From: a virus
DNA length: 64,000 bases
IMG/VR virus record: IMGVR_UViG_3300015371_000021
Span: 8,190-72,189 of that record
Strand: one strand, 5' to 3'
Shown: positions 8,135-16,518 of the stretch, one piece after another
Numbering within the stretch: position 1 is the first letter of the stretch
How the letters are laid out: each line of letters begins with the position of its first letter
The notes under the pieces: generated by a model
What the model was told of the DNA's origin: nothing
What the model saw: the letters and a program-made list of their open reading frames with translations, nothing else
Database searches by the model: none
Position numbers and translations under genes: made by a program

Positions 8135-8382
8135 ACACGAGCTACACCCTCGCGGAGATCGAGGCGCTACGTGGGCATCTGTATCACTACCTACGGTTCA
8201 GCCAATCGTATTGGCTGGATGACGGTTGGACTAGGGCTATGTACGAACCTCCCGATGAGCTACTTGAAGACCAACTTCGCACCTACATGCTCGCGGGCAT
8301 CAGACCAGAAGAAATGCAGCATAGATCGCAGGAAGCCTGCGATCGGTTTTTTGCGGCGGACCCCAAACGCGATGACCAATGA
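8131..8382 (+). CDS. Hypothetical protein
   Basis: GTGA-coupled ORF. Confidence 0.6.
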   Translation: MNTSYTLAEIEALRGHLYHYLRFSQSYWLDDGWTRAMYEPPDELLEDQLRTYMLAGIRPEEMQHRSQEACDRFFAADPKRDDQ

Positions 8383-8546
8383 CCCTGATCCGCGGCCCAA
8401 CCTCCTACTGGGCAACGACACTGTCATGAAGCGGTGCGCACGCCGCAGGTCCCGGATGTGCCACGGATCGGGCCGGGACCACTACTAAGGCGCAAGCCCC
8501 ATAAGAAACTGAGGGAACACCACCCTTTACTGAACCGAGGAAACAA

Positions 8547-9488
8547 ATGACTGCGCGTACATGGCTTGGCGGACGCGGCAATAATGCCAACGACGCTCGC
8601 GACTGGTCACCTGGCGGGGCGCCGCAGCCCGGCGACACTCTGACAATGAACCGCGGCACGATCAACATCGGCGCCGACAACCCGTTAGGAAGCGACTGGC
8701 TAACGGTCACCGGCAACGCGACACTCAATCTACGCGGCACCACCGGCGATCACTTGAATTTCACCGGCCGCTATGGGCCGGGAAACACGCCGATTAAGGA
8801 TACCGTTAACCTAATTAACTCTGACGCGTGGATTACCGGCCATCAGGCCAACGTTACGGTCCGCACGTCGGGCAACAGTCATCTATTCTTGTACCCTGAC
8901 GTGCCGCGCGGTTCAGGACTGACCGCGACGATCAAGAATAGCGGGGTGCTGGACGCAAGCTTTAGCGGCTACATGAGCTACCGGATCGACGGTGGCACAT
9001 TCCAAAACGAGGGGAGCGGCGGGGGCTTTGATGGCACCACCGCGGTGATCAATGCCGACGTGGTCGGCACCGGCTCATGGCTGGAAACGCCGGATCACGC
9101 GTCGTACGGCAAGCTTGAGTTCATGCAGTCAGTCAGCGCGGGGCAGACCGTGCAGATGATCAATGGCGCAGCCGGCGGCTACAGTTTGCTGCAAATCGAC
9201 CAGCCGGGACGGTTCGCCGGGGAGATCAAGTTTAACACATATATGGGGGTAATTGATCTGCCGAAGCTCGCAGCGGATAGCTACTCGTATGACGCGGCGG
9301 CAGGAGCTTTGGATTTCTGGCACGGCAACACGTTGCTCGCGGCTCTGCGATTTTCCACCGCCGAAAATTACACGGTGGCGAAAGGCACATCCACCGGAGG
9401 CGCGGGGGTGGAAATCTTTTCGACCGACACGGGGTGGCGCATCCCGCACGGTGCGCTGTTGGATACGCATTACGTGCCTACCGCATAG
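8547..9488 (+). CDS. Beta-helix/passenger-like protein resembling the N-terminus of alphaproteobacterial Hint-domain surface proteins
   Basis: TWLGG..NNANDARDWSPGGAPQPGDT, KLEFMQSVSAGQTV, LQIDQPGRFAGEI...IDL; no Hint domain follows. Confidence 0.6.
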   Translation: MTARTWLGGRGNNANDARDWSPGGAPQPGDTLTMNRGTINIGADNPLGSDWLTVTGNATLNLRGTTGDHLNFTGRYGPGNTPIKDTVNLINSDAWITGHQANVTVRTSGNSHLFLYPDVPRGSGLTATIKNSGVLDASFSGYMSYRIDGGTFQNEGSGGGFDGTTAVINADVVGTGSWLETPDHASYGKLEFMQSVSAGQTVQMINGAAGGYSLLQIDQPGRFAGEIKFNTYMGVIDLPKLAADSYSYDAAAGALDFWHGNTLLAALRFSTAENYTVAKGTSTGGAGVEIFSTDTGWRIPHGALLDTHYVPTA

Positions 9489-9492
9489 GGAG

Positions 9493-9681
9493 ATGGCGAT
9501 GGGATGGGTGTTCTTGATGGTCTGTCAGATGGGCACCGCGGTGTGTGTGCCTATCTGGTACGGCAATCACGTGCATCAGTTCTCATCGCTGACCTTATGT
9601 GCCCAGGCGGCAGCGTTGCTCACGCCCTCACCGGGGTTTGTGCTGCGCTGCCAGCCGGTGGCGATGGAGGTGGGGCGGTGA
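9493..9681 (+). CDS. Small Cys-rich hydrophobic protein
   Basis: MAMGWVFLMVCQMGTAVC...C...C. Confidence 0.55.
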   Translation: MAMGWVFLMVCQMGTAVCVPIWYGNHVHQFSSLTLCAQAAALLTPSPGFVLRCQPVAMEVGR

Positions 9682-9827
9682 AGATGATCAGTCCCATCAT
9701 AGTCGCTACTGGCGTCGGTTTATTCGCCTTCTCGAATGGCGGACTGTGGGCTCTCGTGCTCGCTGGTGGCTCATTCTTCATCGGCATGGGACAGGGGATG
9801 TTTATGGCGATGCAGGTGGGGCGGTGA
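9678..9827 (+). CDS. Small membrane protein
   Basis: Two hydrophobic segments; GTGA-coupled. Confidence 0.5.
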   Translation: MKMISPIIVATGVGLFAFSNGGLWALVLAGGSFFIGMGQGMFMAMQVGR

Positions 9828-9931
9828 GCCCCGCTAGACGTCAGCGCTGCCGGCGTGTCACGCTTTACTTCATCGAATACGTGCTGCTGGTCGGCGGTGG
9901 TGCGCTGGCCGTGCTGGTGTGGAGATTGTAA
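9824..9931 (+). CDS. Small membrane peptide
   Basis: Basic N-terminus plus TM segment; GTGA-coupled. Confidence 0.4.
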   Translation: MSPARRQRCRRVTLYFIEYVLLVGGGALAVLVWRL

Positions 9932-10485
9932 TGACGCGTTTTTACGAAACAAGTTTCGGTAGCACGGTAATCAACCTGGAGTTGGTTAGAAAAATCATCG
10001 TGAGGCGCATAAAGCGCCAGAACGATAGGGGAACGATCGCAACATTCTACGGCCCAGACGGTGATGTGATCGGTGAGGATGAGAGGTGGGGCAAGAGCAG
10101 CGAGCAACGATTTGATGACCTGACCGCACCGCTTATTCCCGCCGTCGCCGGCCAGGAAGTATTACTTCTCGTGCCGAATGTGCTTTATAGCGTTAAGCCA
10201 ACAGATATTATCGTTGAACGCTATGCCGTCGTGGCCTGGCGCATTGAACAGTTTAGCAATGCCCACCCCTATGCTGTTCCAATCGTTGCGTGCGATGTTG
10301 GTGATGACCCAACTTTTCTGACCCGTCGTCCAGACGGCTGGTATCAAGAGACGGGATTTCAGGGCGAAAGTTGGGAAACCCTCGATGCCGCCAAAGCGAG
10401 TGCCCTGGAAAGGGCACAGGATATCCACGAGCAATACGTTAGCCAAATGAAAGAAAAGAATGAAAGCGCTACTGGAAGAACTTGA
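9931..10485 (+). CDS. Hypothetical protein
   Basis: 184-aa ORF, TAATG-coupled. Confidence 0.7.
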   Translation: MTRFYETSFGSTVINLELVRKIIVRRIKRQNDRGTIATFYGPDGDVIGEDERWGKSSEQRFDDLTAPLIPAVAGQEVLLLVPNVLYSVKPTDIIVERYAVVAWRIEQFSNAHPYAVPIVACDVGDDPTFLTRRPDGWYQETGFQGESWETLDAAKASALERAQDIHEQYVSQMKEKNESATGRT

Positions 10486-10666
10486 GGCCAACGTCTTGCG
10501 CGGCGAGCAGATATCTGCCAAGGCGCCGTTGCGGCAATTGTCTGACACCTTGGAAGAAGCGGCGCGCGATCTTGACAGCGGAGGATACCGCCTACAACGA
10601 GACGAGAAGCGCCGGTTAGCGATGCTGTGCGCGACTATGGCCTTGCGGTATATACGCAAGTTGTAG
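10460..10666 (+). CDS. Hypothetical protein
   Basis: 68-aa helical ORF. Confidence 0.55.
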   Translation: MKALLEELEANVLRGEQISAKAPLRQLSDTLEEAARDLDSGGYRLQRDEKRRLAMLCATMALRYIRKL

Positions 10667-10743
10667 CGAAGGGGAGTTGTGCGCGGGCCTCACGTCTAAC
10701 AGCGCACATGCGACATGCGACATGCGACAGAAGGAATATAGAC

Positions 10744-11370
10744 ATGGCGTTTGGTCTGATTACTCAACAGCGCTCTAGTGGCGACTTTGCCGATATCGTC
10801 AAATACGATGCGAATGCAGGGAGATTGTTCAGGGTCGACTATGACCCGGCGCTGCGTGAGAAAGAGAGTATTGATATCACGTCACCACCACCTCGGTTTG
10901 CCATCGACTTCGGTTCCCTCGAAATCGGTTTTGTGCATTTTTCGGCTAACGGTCCTGACTTTCTAATGGTACCGGAGGGCTCACCGCCGCCGAAACAGCC
11001 GGAAGACGTCGATGATAAGGGTCGGCTGAAATATCAAGAGGCGTTTCGAGTCAAGCTGTTTGGTCGGGTGCTTAATGGATTACGGGAGTGGTCGTCGGCT
11101 GCTCGCTCGGTAGTGGATGTTGTCGAGCACATGTATAATGACTACCGCGTCGCTCCAGAGGCGAGAGAAGGTAAGATACCGATCGTCGAGCTGACCAAGA
11201 CTGTGCCCATTAACTACGGCTCGCGCACGGTATATGCGCCGCATTTCACTATTGTCGGCTGGACCGCGCGCACGAGTGAGTTTGGTAGGCGCACAGTGCC
11301 GGCTCCGGCCGCCCCCAAGCCGCCTGCCAATGGTGGTGTGGACGCCTTGGAAGACGAAATCCCGTTTTGA
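10744..11370 (+). CDS. Phage single-stranded DNA-binding protein-like
   Basis: Acidic C-terminal tip LEDEIPF after a Pro-rich linker; YAPHFTIVGW motif; AGAAGGA RBS. Confidence 0.7.
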   Translation: MAFGLITQQRSSGDFADIVKYDANAGRLFRVDYDPALREKESIDITSPPPRFAIDFGSLEIGFVHFSANGPDFLMVPEGSPPPKQPEDVDDKGRLKYQEAFRVKLFGRVLNGLREWSSAARSVVDVVEHMYNDYRVAPEAREGKIPIVELTKTVPINYGSRTVYAPHFTIVGWTARTSEFGRRTVPAPAAPKPPANGGVDALEDEIPF

Positions 11371-11380
11371 GGGCACAAAG

Positions 11381-11409
11381 CCCCCGTCAGCATTCGTCGC
11401 TGGCGGGGG
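11381..11409 (+). terminator. Stem-loop after the SSB-like gene
   Basis: CCCCCGTCAGC-ATTCGTC-GCTGGCGGGGG. Confidence 0.5.
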
Positions 11410-11422
11410 TGTGGAGGGACAA

Positions 11423-12019
11423 ATGAGCGATCGTGTGGCGACTCAAGGCGCGAGCTGGCGGCAGCGTGAAATTATCGAACATCTTAAGGGCGGATTTACC
11501 ATCGACTTCGACGGCAGTAAATCGATCGAAGATGCGCGCGTGGTTGCTGGCCTAATCCACCGTCGCTGGCCTGAAGTATCCCATCATCTGATAGAGTTGG
11601 AAAACACTGCGCGGTGGCTGGCGCGGCTGTCAGCGGAATTGGACAAGTGCGAAAGCGCGGCGCAGGTCGATGCGCTCCATGCGCGCGACACTGTGCAGGA
11701 GATGTTCAGCAGCAGGCCAGACGTGGCACACGATATGGAGGAGCTGTTCGAGCGTGCTCGTGCGCGGGTGGGCTACGTGGCGGCCGTTCAGGAAAAAAAG
11801 AAGAAGACGATCCGCATCATTTTTCCTCGCGATCCGCCAACCTTCGTTTCTGCTCTTGCGGCTTGGGATGCTGAGACACGCGATGCGATCGGCGATAGCG
11901 ACGAGTGCAAAGAGTGGCTGAAGACCTTGTCCGACGAGGACTACAAATACATTCAGCAGGCGGTTGCCGACCATGTCGCATTCCATAAGGCGCGACTCAA
12001 AGAGCCGGTGGGTAAGTAA
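11423..12019 (+). CDS. Hypothetical protein
   Basis: GGAGGG RBS before ATG 11423. Confidence 0.7.
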   Translation: MSDRVATQGASWRQREIIEHLKGGFTIDFDGSKSIEDARVVAGLIHRRWPEVSHHLIELENTARWLARLSAELDKCESAAQVDALHARDTVQEMFSSRPDVAHDMEELFERARARVGYVAAVQEKKKKTIRIIFPRDPPTFVSALAAWDAETRDAIGDSDECKEWLKTLSDEDYKYIQQAVADHVAFHKARLKEPVGK

Positions 12020-12054
12020 ACAGGGACTTTGAACCAACAAGAAGGGAGCGAAAA

Positions 12055-12651
12055 ATGAGTACTATAGTTGTATTGGGTGGAACGCGCAGCAAGCTGGAGC
12101 TGGTGGTCGATTTGCCGGCCTCGCCGCAAGGCACGTGGCTCGACATCGTGCAGGCGGCTGACGGGCGGTGTTTGTGCGTCGGTAAGGTGCCGCAGGAGAA
12201 GAAGCCGCCGGTATTTGTTCCGTTTGAGAAAAAGCCTGACCAGTTTGAGATGGACGGCACTCGGGTCATTCGGGCAAATAAACAACCGGACGACCATGGA
12301 GTTCCGGTGGCAGCAACGGGCACACCATTAGCTCGCGTCCACGACTTCGGACTCAAGGCGGCGCAAGCGCCGGCGGTTAGGACGGCTCCGCCACCGCCAG
12401 CCGCCGCCACAAATGGCGCTGGTCGCGCCAAGCATAGGCGCTACGCAGCCGGCGAGCATCCGCTAGACAAGAAAGCGCTGGCGTTCATGCGCAAAAAGCC
12501 GGTAACGGCTGACGAGATCGCCAAACATCTTGGTTTAGAGGGTAAGGAAAAGCATAGATACACCTACCGCATCGTGCGCACTTTGGTGCCGTACAAGCTG
12601 GTCGGCTCGCGCGCCAGGGGTAACGAGACGGTGTATTTCGCGAGAGCGTGA
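12055..12651 (+). CDS. Protein with C-terminal winged-HTH
   Basis: KKALAFMRKKPVTADEIAKHLGL...RGNETVYF. Confidence 0.65.
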   Translation: MSTIVVLGGTRSKLELVVDLPASPQGTWLDIVQAADGRCLCVGKVPQEKKPPVFVPFEKKPDQFEMDGTRVIRANKQPDDHGVPVAATGTPLARVHDFGLKAAQAPAVRTAPPPPAAATNGAGRAKHRRYAAGEHPLDKKALAFMRKKPVTADEIAKHLGLEGKEKHRYTYRIVRTLVPYKLVGSRARGNETVYFARA

Positions 12652-12675
12652 CACCGCCATCCGAGAGGGTATGAC

Positions 12676-13485
12676 ATGGAATTCTGGCCTTACAAACTCC
12701 GCGCCGGACATACCCGCAATCCGGCGGGTGGTGCTTGCGCCATGGCAGCGGTCAACTGGCTGGTACACGGCAAGCACAGCGATCGGCCGAAATGCGCCTG
12801 CCCGGTTGTCGGTCGCTTCGTCATGGCCGGTAACGACGCGATGGATGACGACGATCGGCAGCGCCTGTTGCCGTATCTGCACCGGATTGCTGGCAGCCGC
12901 AGCCCCGAGTACGCCCAGTCGCGGGCAGCCATCATCGTGAGCGCTGCACTGCGGATTTGGGCGCCGAAATGGCTGGATGATGCCGGGCTACCGATTCCCG
13001 CACGTCAGCTGCGCGAGTTGCCTGACCACGTGAGCGCCCAAGAAGCCTTCGAGGTCGCGAGGCAGGCTGAGCGTATAGCGCTGAAAAAGGCTATGCGGAC
13101 GAATACGACAGCGGAAAGAAAGTTTGGATCGTTGCAGGGTTTCTTAATGAAGACCCTGCAGACAGCTAAGGCAGAGAGGGCCGCCAACGTGGCACGGGGG
13201 GCTGGAGAGGCGATAGTGCTTCTGTCGCAGGTAGAGAATGCAAGCCGGGTGTTGCCCTGGTCGTTGTCACGCTGGCCAGCAGCGCAGGCGATATTGCTGT
13301 CGGCGGTGAATGAGGCGGTTATGGCGTTGCGTGCGCCGCGGAACTGCTGGGACGATTACTTCGTGGTCCTAGACGACGTGCTCAATGCCGGGCCGCAGGG
13401 CGAGCCATGGAGCGCTGACTTTATCGACCATGGGACGGCGGCGTATCGCGCTAAGGGCGGCAAGGCGGTGCTGACGGAGGCGTAG
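12676..13485 (+). CDS. Conserved phage hypothetical protein (putative metal-binding)
   Basis: GH...ACAMAAV...HSDRPKCACPV...NDA motif. Confidence 0.7.
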   Translation: MEFWPYKLRAGHTRNPAGGACAMAAVNWLVHGKHSDRPKCACPVVGRFVMAGNDAMDDDDRQRLLPYLHRIAGSRSPEYAQSRAAIIVSAALRIWAPKWLDDAGLPIPARQLRELPDHVSAQEAFEVARQAERIALKKAMRTNTTAERKFGSLQGFLMKTLQTAKAERAANVARGAGEAIVLLSQVENASRVLPWSLSRWPAAQAILLSAVNEAVMALRAPRNCWDDYFVVLDDVLNAGPQGEPWSADFIDHGTAAYRAKGGKAVLTEA

Positions 13486-13487
13486 GC

Positions 13488-13682
13488 ATGTGGCCGCGCT
13501 GGATGCAGAAGTCTTTCCTGCTGACCGCGGGGGCGTTGTATCTCTCGTTATGGGTGTTCTGGTGGTGGGTGATGGTAATCCTGTCACTCATCGCCTTCCC
13601 AATCGTTCTCCTTTGCGCGGTGCAGGACGTGCGTCGCCAGCTGGAGGACGAGGCACGACGGGGGGTCAGGGGGCCGGGCTAG
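13488..13682 (+). CDS. Small membrane protein
   Basis: Long hydrophobic stretch; last rightward gene before the convergent late operon. Confidence 0.5.
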   Translation: MWPRWMQKSFLLTAGALYLSLWVFWWWVMVILSLIAFPIVLLCAVQDVRRQLEDEARRGVRGPG

Positions 13683-13897
13683 GGCTTAGGCGGCGGCGTG
13701 GTCTTAGCGGTGTTGTCATCGGGGATCAGGTGGCCGAGCACGTAGACGATTAGTGCCACTATTGCATCCACCTTAGGGTCTCCGGTCACCACGTTGCTGA
13801 GCCCAGCTGACAGAGCGGTGCCCACGATGGTCAGCGCATGGATAGTGGTCGGCTGGCGCGCCCACGCAGAGAAGGTTTCCCCGCCGAATATTTTCAT
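13679..13897 (-). CDS. Putative holin
   Basis: 72 aa, two TM segments, WARQPTT motif, at the end of the late operon. Confidence 0.55.
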   Translation of the reverse strand: MKIFGGETFSAWARQPTTIHALTIVGTALSAGLSNVVTGDPKVDAIVALIVYVLGHLIPDDNTAKTTPPPKP

Positions 13898-13898
13898 C

Positions 13899-14345
13899 TC
13901 AGTGTTCCTTGCCGTTGCTATAGCGGCTCTGATCGAGAAGCCGTCCGGTCATTTCCATGTGCTTTTGGGTGAGCGCTTGTAGGTCGACCACCAGCTTTGC
14001 AGTGCCGGCGCTTTCTCTTTCCAATCCCGCCAAGCGCTGTTGGAAGTTCAGCATTACCTCGCGCTGCGCCGTGTATCCGGTTTCCACCGCACCGACCCGG
14101 CGATCGAGGTTGACCACCTGTTCGTCCTGACGCGCATTGATCAGGCTGCCGCGTTCGATTGCCGTATAGACCCGGTCGTTCAGCACGGTGAGGTGCTGTT
14201 CGATGGCGCGAATAGCGGCGGTGTCGACCTCGACTTCCCGCTTCATTTGGCCGACGAAGTAGATCGCGCCTCCGAGCGTGGAGATGATCGAGACGAGAAA
14301 TATGAGGTCTCGCCGCAACGTGGAAGGAGGACCGACACCGCTCAC
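13899..14345 (-). CDS. Membrane-anchored coiled-coil protein (lysis module?)
   Basis: N-terminal TM segment followed by heptad repeats. Confidence 0.6.
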   Translation of the reverse strand: MSGVGPPSTLRRDLIFLVSIISTLGGAIYFVGQMKREVEVDTAAIRAIEQHLTVLNDRVYTAIERGSLINARQDEQVVNLDRRVGAVETGYTAQREVMLNFQQRLAGLERESAGTAKLVVDLQALTQKHMEMTGRLLDQSRYSNGKEH

Positions 14346-14362
14346 GCTCGTTGCTCATGCTC

Positions 14363-14605
14363 CTATTTTATGGGGGGAGGCGGCGCGGCGTTTTTGGCTT
14401 GCAGCTCAGCAAGCTGGCGCTGATCAGACGCAACCTGTGCACGCAGGCGGCTGATCAGGCTGAGTAGCTCGGCGCCGGTGTTGTTGCAGGCGGTGATTTC
14501 GTCCTGCGGAGTCGCGCCGCCACTTTGTGCTGGCTGGGCCTGGACAGCGAAGGGGAGTAGTGCTGTCAAGGCAACGATTACTGTCAGCGAAGCGAGTTTT
14601 GCCAC
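14363..14605 (-). CDS. Small exported coiled-coil protein
   Basis: LTVIVALTALLPFAVQA-Q signal peptide; start uncertain. Confidence 0.55.
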   Translation of the reverse strand: MAKLASLTVIVALTALLPFAVQAQPAQSGGATPQDEITACNNTGAELLSLISRLRAQVASDQRQLAELQAKNAAPPPPIK

Positions 14606-16518
14606 GGAATACCTCTGGTTGTGTTCAGTCCGAAAATGAGCATAGGACGGCCTGGCGTTGCAACCCTTGGTGTAAACAGCAGCTGCTGCCACCAGGACCA
14701 TTGGCCGGATTTGACGCTGTTGTCGGCGTTCAGCGTGCCGTTCGGGTTGGAGCCCGGGCGGTTGCCCCAGACGAACCAGTTGGTCGACATCGGCTGATTA
14801 CGGCCGGGGAAGGCTGGCCCACCCGAGGCGACGCCGTTGGCGTAGGAGACGAAGGTGGCCATAAAGTTCGAGTCGTTCGGCAGGTTGCCGTTCGAGCCAT
14901 CGCAGGAGCAGCCAACCTCAGAGATGAACACCGGCGCGGTGCCGGCGATCTCCAGATAACCGAAGAAGGTGTTCCAGGCGGAGATGGCTGACGCGCCGTT
15001 GTCTGGGGTGACGCCCCACACGTTGCTGGGATAGAGGTCGACCGAATAGGCCACCTTGTTTGCTGGCGGTCCGTTGGTGACCCCGCCAACCGGAGACTGC
15101 GCGACCCCGGTGAGGTCCATCAGCCCCGCGCCACTATTCAGCGGCTGGCCGTTGAGCAGGGTGGAGGTGCGGTTAACCGGCCCCGGCACGATCATGATGA
15201 TGTTCGGGTTGACCGCGAAAACCAGGTTGCCGAGTTCCTGTGCAATACACATCCAGTCGGTATCGCCTGAGCCACAGTTCCAGCAAATGCCGGGATTGAC
15301 CCCGCCGCCTGGCTTGGCTTGGCCGGTAAATGAGCCGGTCACCAGCGGCCGGTGGTGGATTTGGTAGGCAATCACAGTTGGTTCGATAGTGTACCGCTGC
15401 ATTAGGGCGACGGTGTTGTTTTCCCACTGTACCAGCGTAACGTTGGACCCATTGCCGCAGCCGTCGTCGTTGCCGCTGGAGCCGCCGCTGTCATAGGGCA
15501 GGCCGTTAGCTTGCACCGACCAACACGGGCTGGCGGGCGAAGCAGGCAGCTCATTACCCTGATGTGAGAGGATGACCTTGAGGCCTGCGGCCTTGGCGTT
15601 CGCGACGCAGGCGTCGATCTGAGCGAAGGTATTGCAGCCGGTTGCCGGTAGCGTGCCGCCCGAGGATGGTCCGTTGGCCGGCGGCGCGGCGACAGGACCA
15701 CTGTAGGTCTGGGTATTGGGGTCGAAAATGTGCCAGGTGCTGTCGCGAGCGTCGGAGATGTAAACTGTGGTCTGGTTGTAGTAGGCCATTTGGAGAGCGT
15801 TGTGACCGATGTCGCTGAAGTTGCCGAGGCTGACTTCCGCGCCACCAGCCGGGGTCCAAAACGCGTTCAGCTCGGTATCCAGTCGGTAACTGTCCCCGGT
15901 GACCGTGGTGAAGCTCTGACCACCGTTGATAAAGATTGTCGCGATGCCAGGAGTCGAGCCGCCGCTTGGCGGACCAGTGGCAGGTGGGGCGGCGACAGGA
16001 CCGCCGACGCTAGGGCCGACTGGGTTGAAGATATGCCACGTGCTGTCGCGGATATCTTGGATGTAGACGGTCGTGTTGTTGTAGTACGCCATCGCGAAGG
16101 AGTTGAAACCGATATCGCTGATTGAGCCGATCGATTGCTCGCTGCCGCCAGAGGGCGTCCAGAACGCGTTGCCTTCGGTGTCCAGGCGATAGGAATTGCC
16201 CTGCACGTCGTTGAATGACTGGCCGGGGCCGATAAAGGTGGTGGGGATGCCAGGGCCGCCGGTGCCGGCGTTGAGCGCCATGTCGCGCCAAGGAATGACG
16301 ACGCAGTTGAACTGCCCGGTGCTGCGGATTGCCGCCATAGTGCCGTCGTTCGGCGAGCCCAAGAACTGGGTGCATGCCAGCCGCTGCTGATTGCCGGCGC
16401 TATCGATAAACTGGTTGCCGTTGGTCGACAGGAACCCGCTGGCGAGCGGCGAGCCGGTGATCTGCGCCCACGCGGGCTGCGCCACCAGCAGCAGTAGGAA
16501 GGCGAGGAACCGGATCAT
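14584..16518 (-). CDS. Secreted GH5 (cellulase-like) fold protein with duplicated insert and degenerate active site
   Basis: Signal peptide (AWA-Q); FLSTNGNQFIDSAG, AKAAGLKVILSH and APVFISEVG are GH5 landmarks; the NEP position reads HRP. Confidence 0.8.
   Translation of the reverse strand: MIRFLAFLLLLVAQPAWAQITGSPLASGFLSTNGNQFIDSAGNQQRLACTQFLGSPNDGTMAAIRSTGQFNCVVIPWRDMALNAGTGGPGIPTTFIGPGQSFNDVQGNSYRLDTEGNAFWTPSGGSEQSIGSISDIGFNSFAMAYYNNTTVYIQDIRDSTWHIFNPVGPSVGGPVAAPPATGPPSGGSTPGIATIFINGGQSFTTVTGDSYRLDTELNAFWTPAGGAEVSLGNFSDIGHNALQMAYYNQTTVYISDARDSTWHIFDPNTQTYSGPVAAPPANGPSSGGTLPATGCNTFAQIDACVANAKAAGLKVILSHQGNELPASPASPCWSVQANGLPYDSGGSSGNDDGCGNGSNVTLVQWENNTVALMQRYTIEPTVIAYQIHHRPLVTGSFTGQAKPGGGVNPGICWNCGSGDTDWMCIAQELGNLVFAVNPNIIMIVPGPVNRTSTLLNGQPLNSGAGLMDLTGVAQSPVGGVTNGPPANKVAYSVDLYPSNVWGVTPDNGASAISAWNTFFGYLEIAGTAPVFISEVGCSCDGSNGNLPNDSNFMATFVSYANGVASGGPAFPGRNQPMSTNWFVWGNRPGSNPNGTLNADNSVKSGQWSWWQQLLFTPRVATPGRPMLIFGLNTTRGIPWQNSLR
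15650..16255 (-). repeat. Tandem duplication of a ~101-aa module inside the GH5 barrel
   Basis: PGI..FI..GQSF..V.G.SYRLDTE.NAFWTP.GG.E...SDIG.N...MAYYN.TTVYI.D.RDSTWHIF.P occurs twice. Confidence 0.9.

Noticed and set aside
8547-9488. Intein/Hint auto-processing domain
   Set aside because: No CF..GT start or HN end motif; only the passenger-like region is present.
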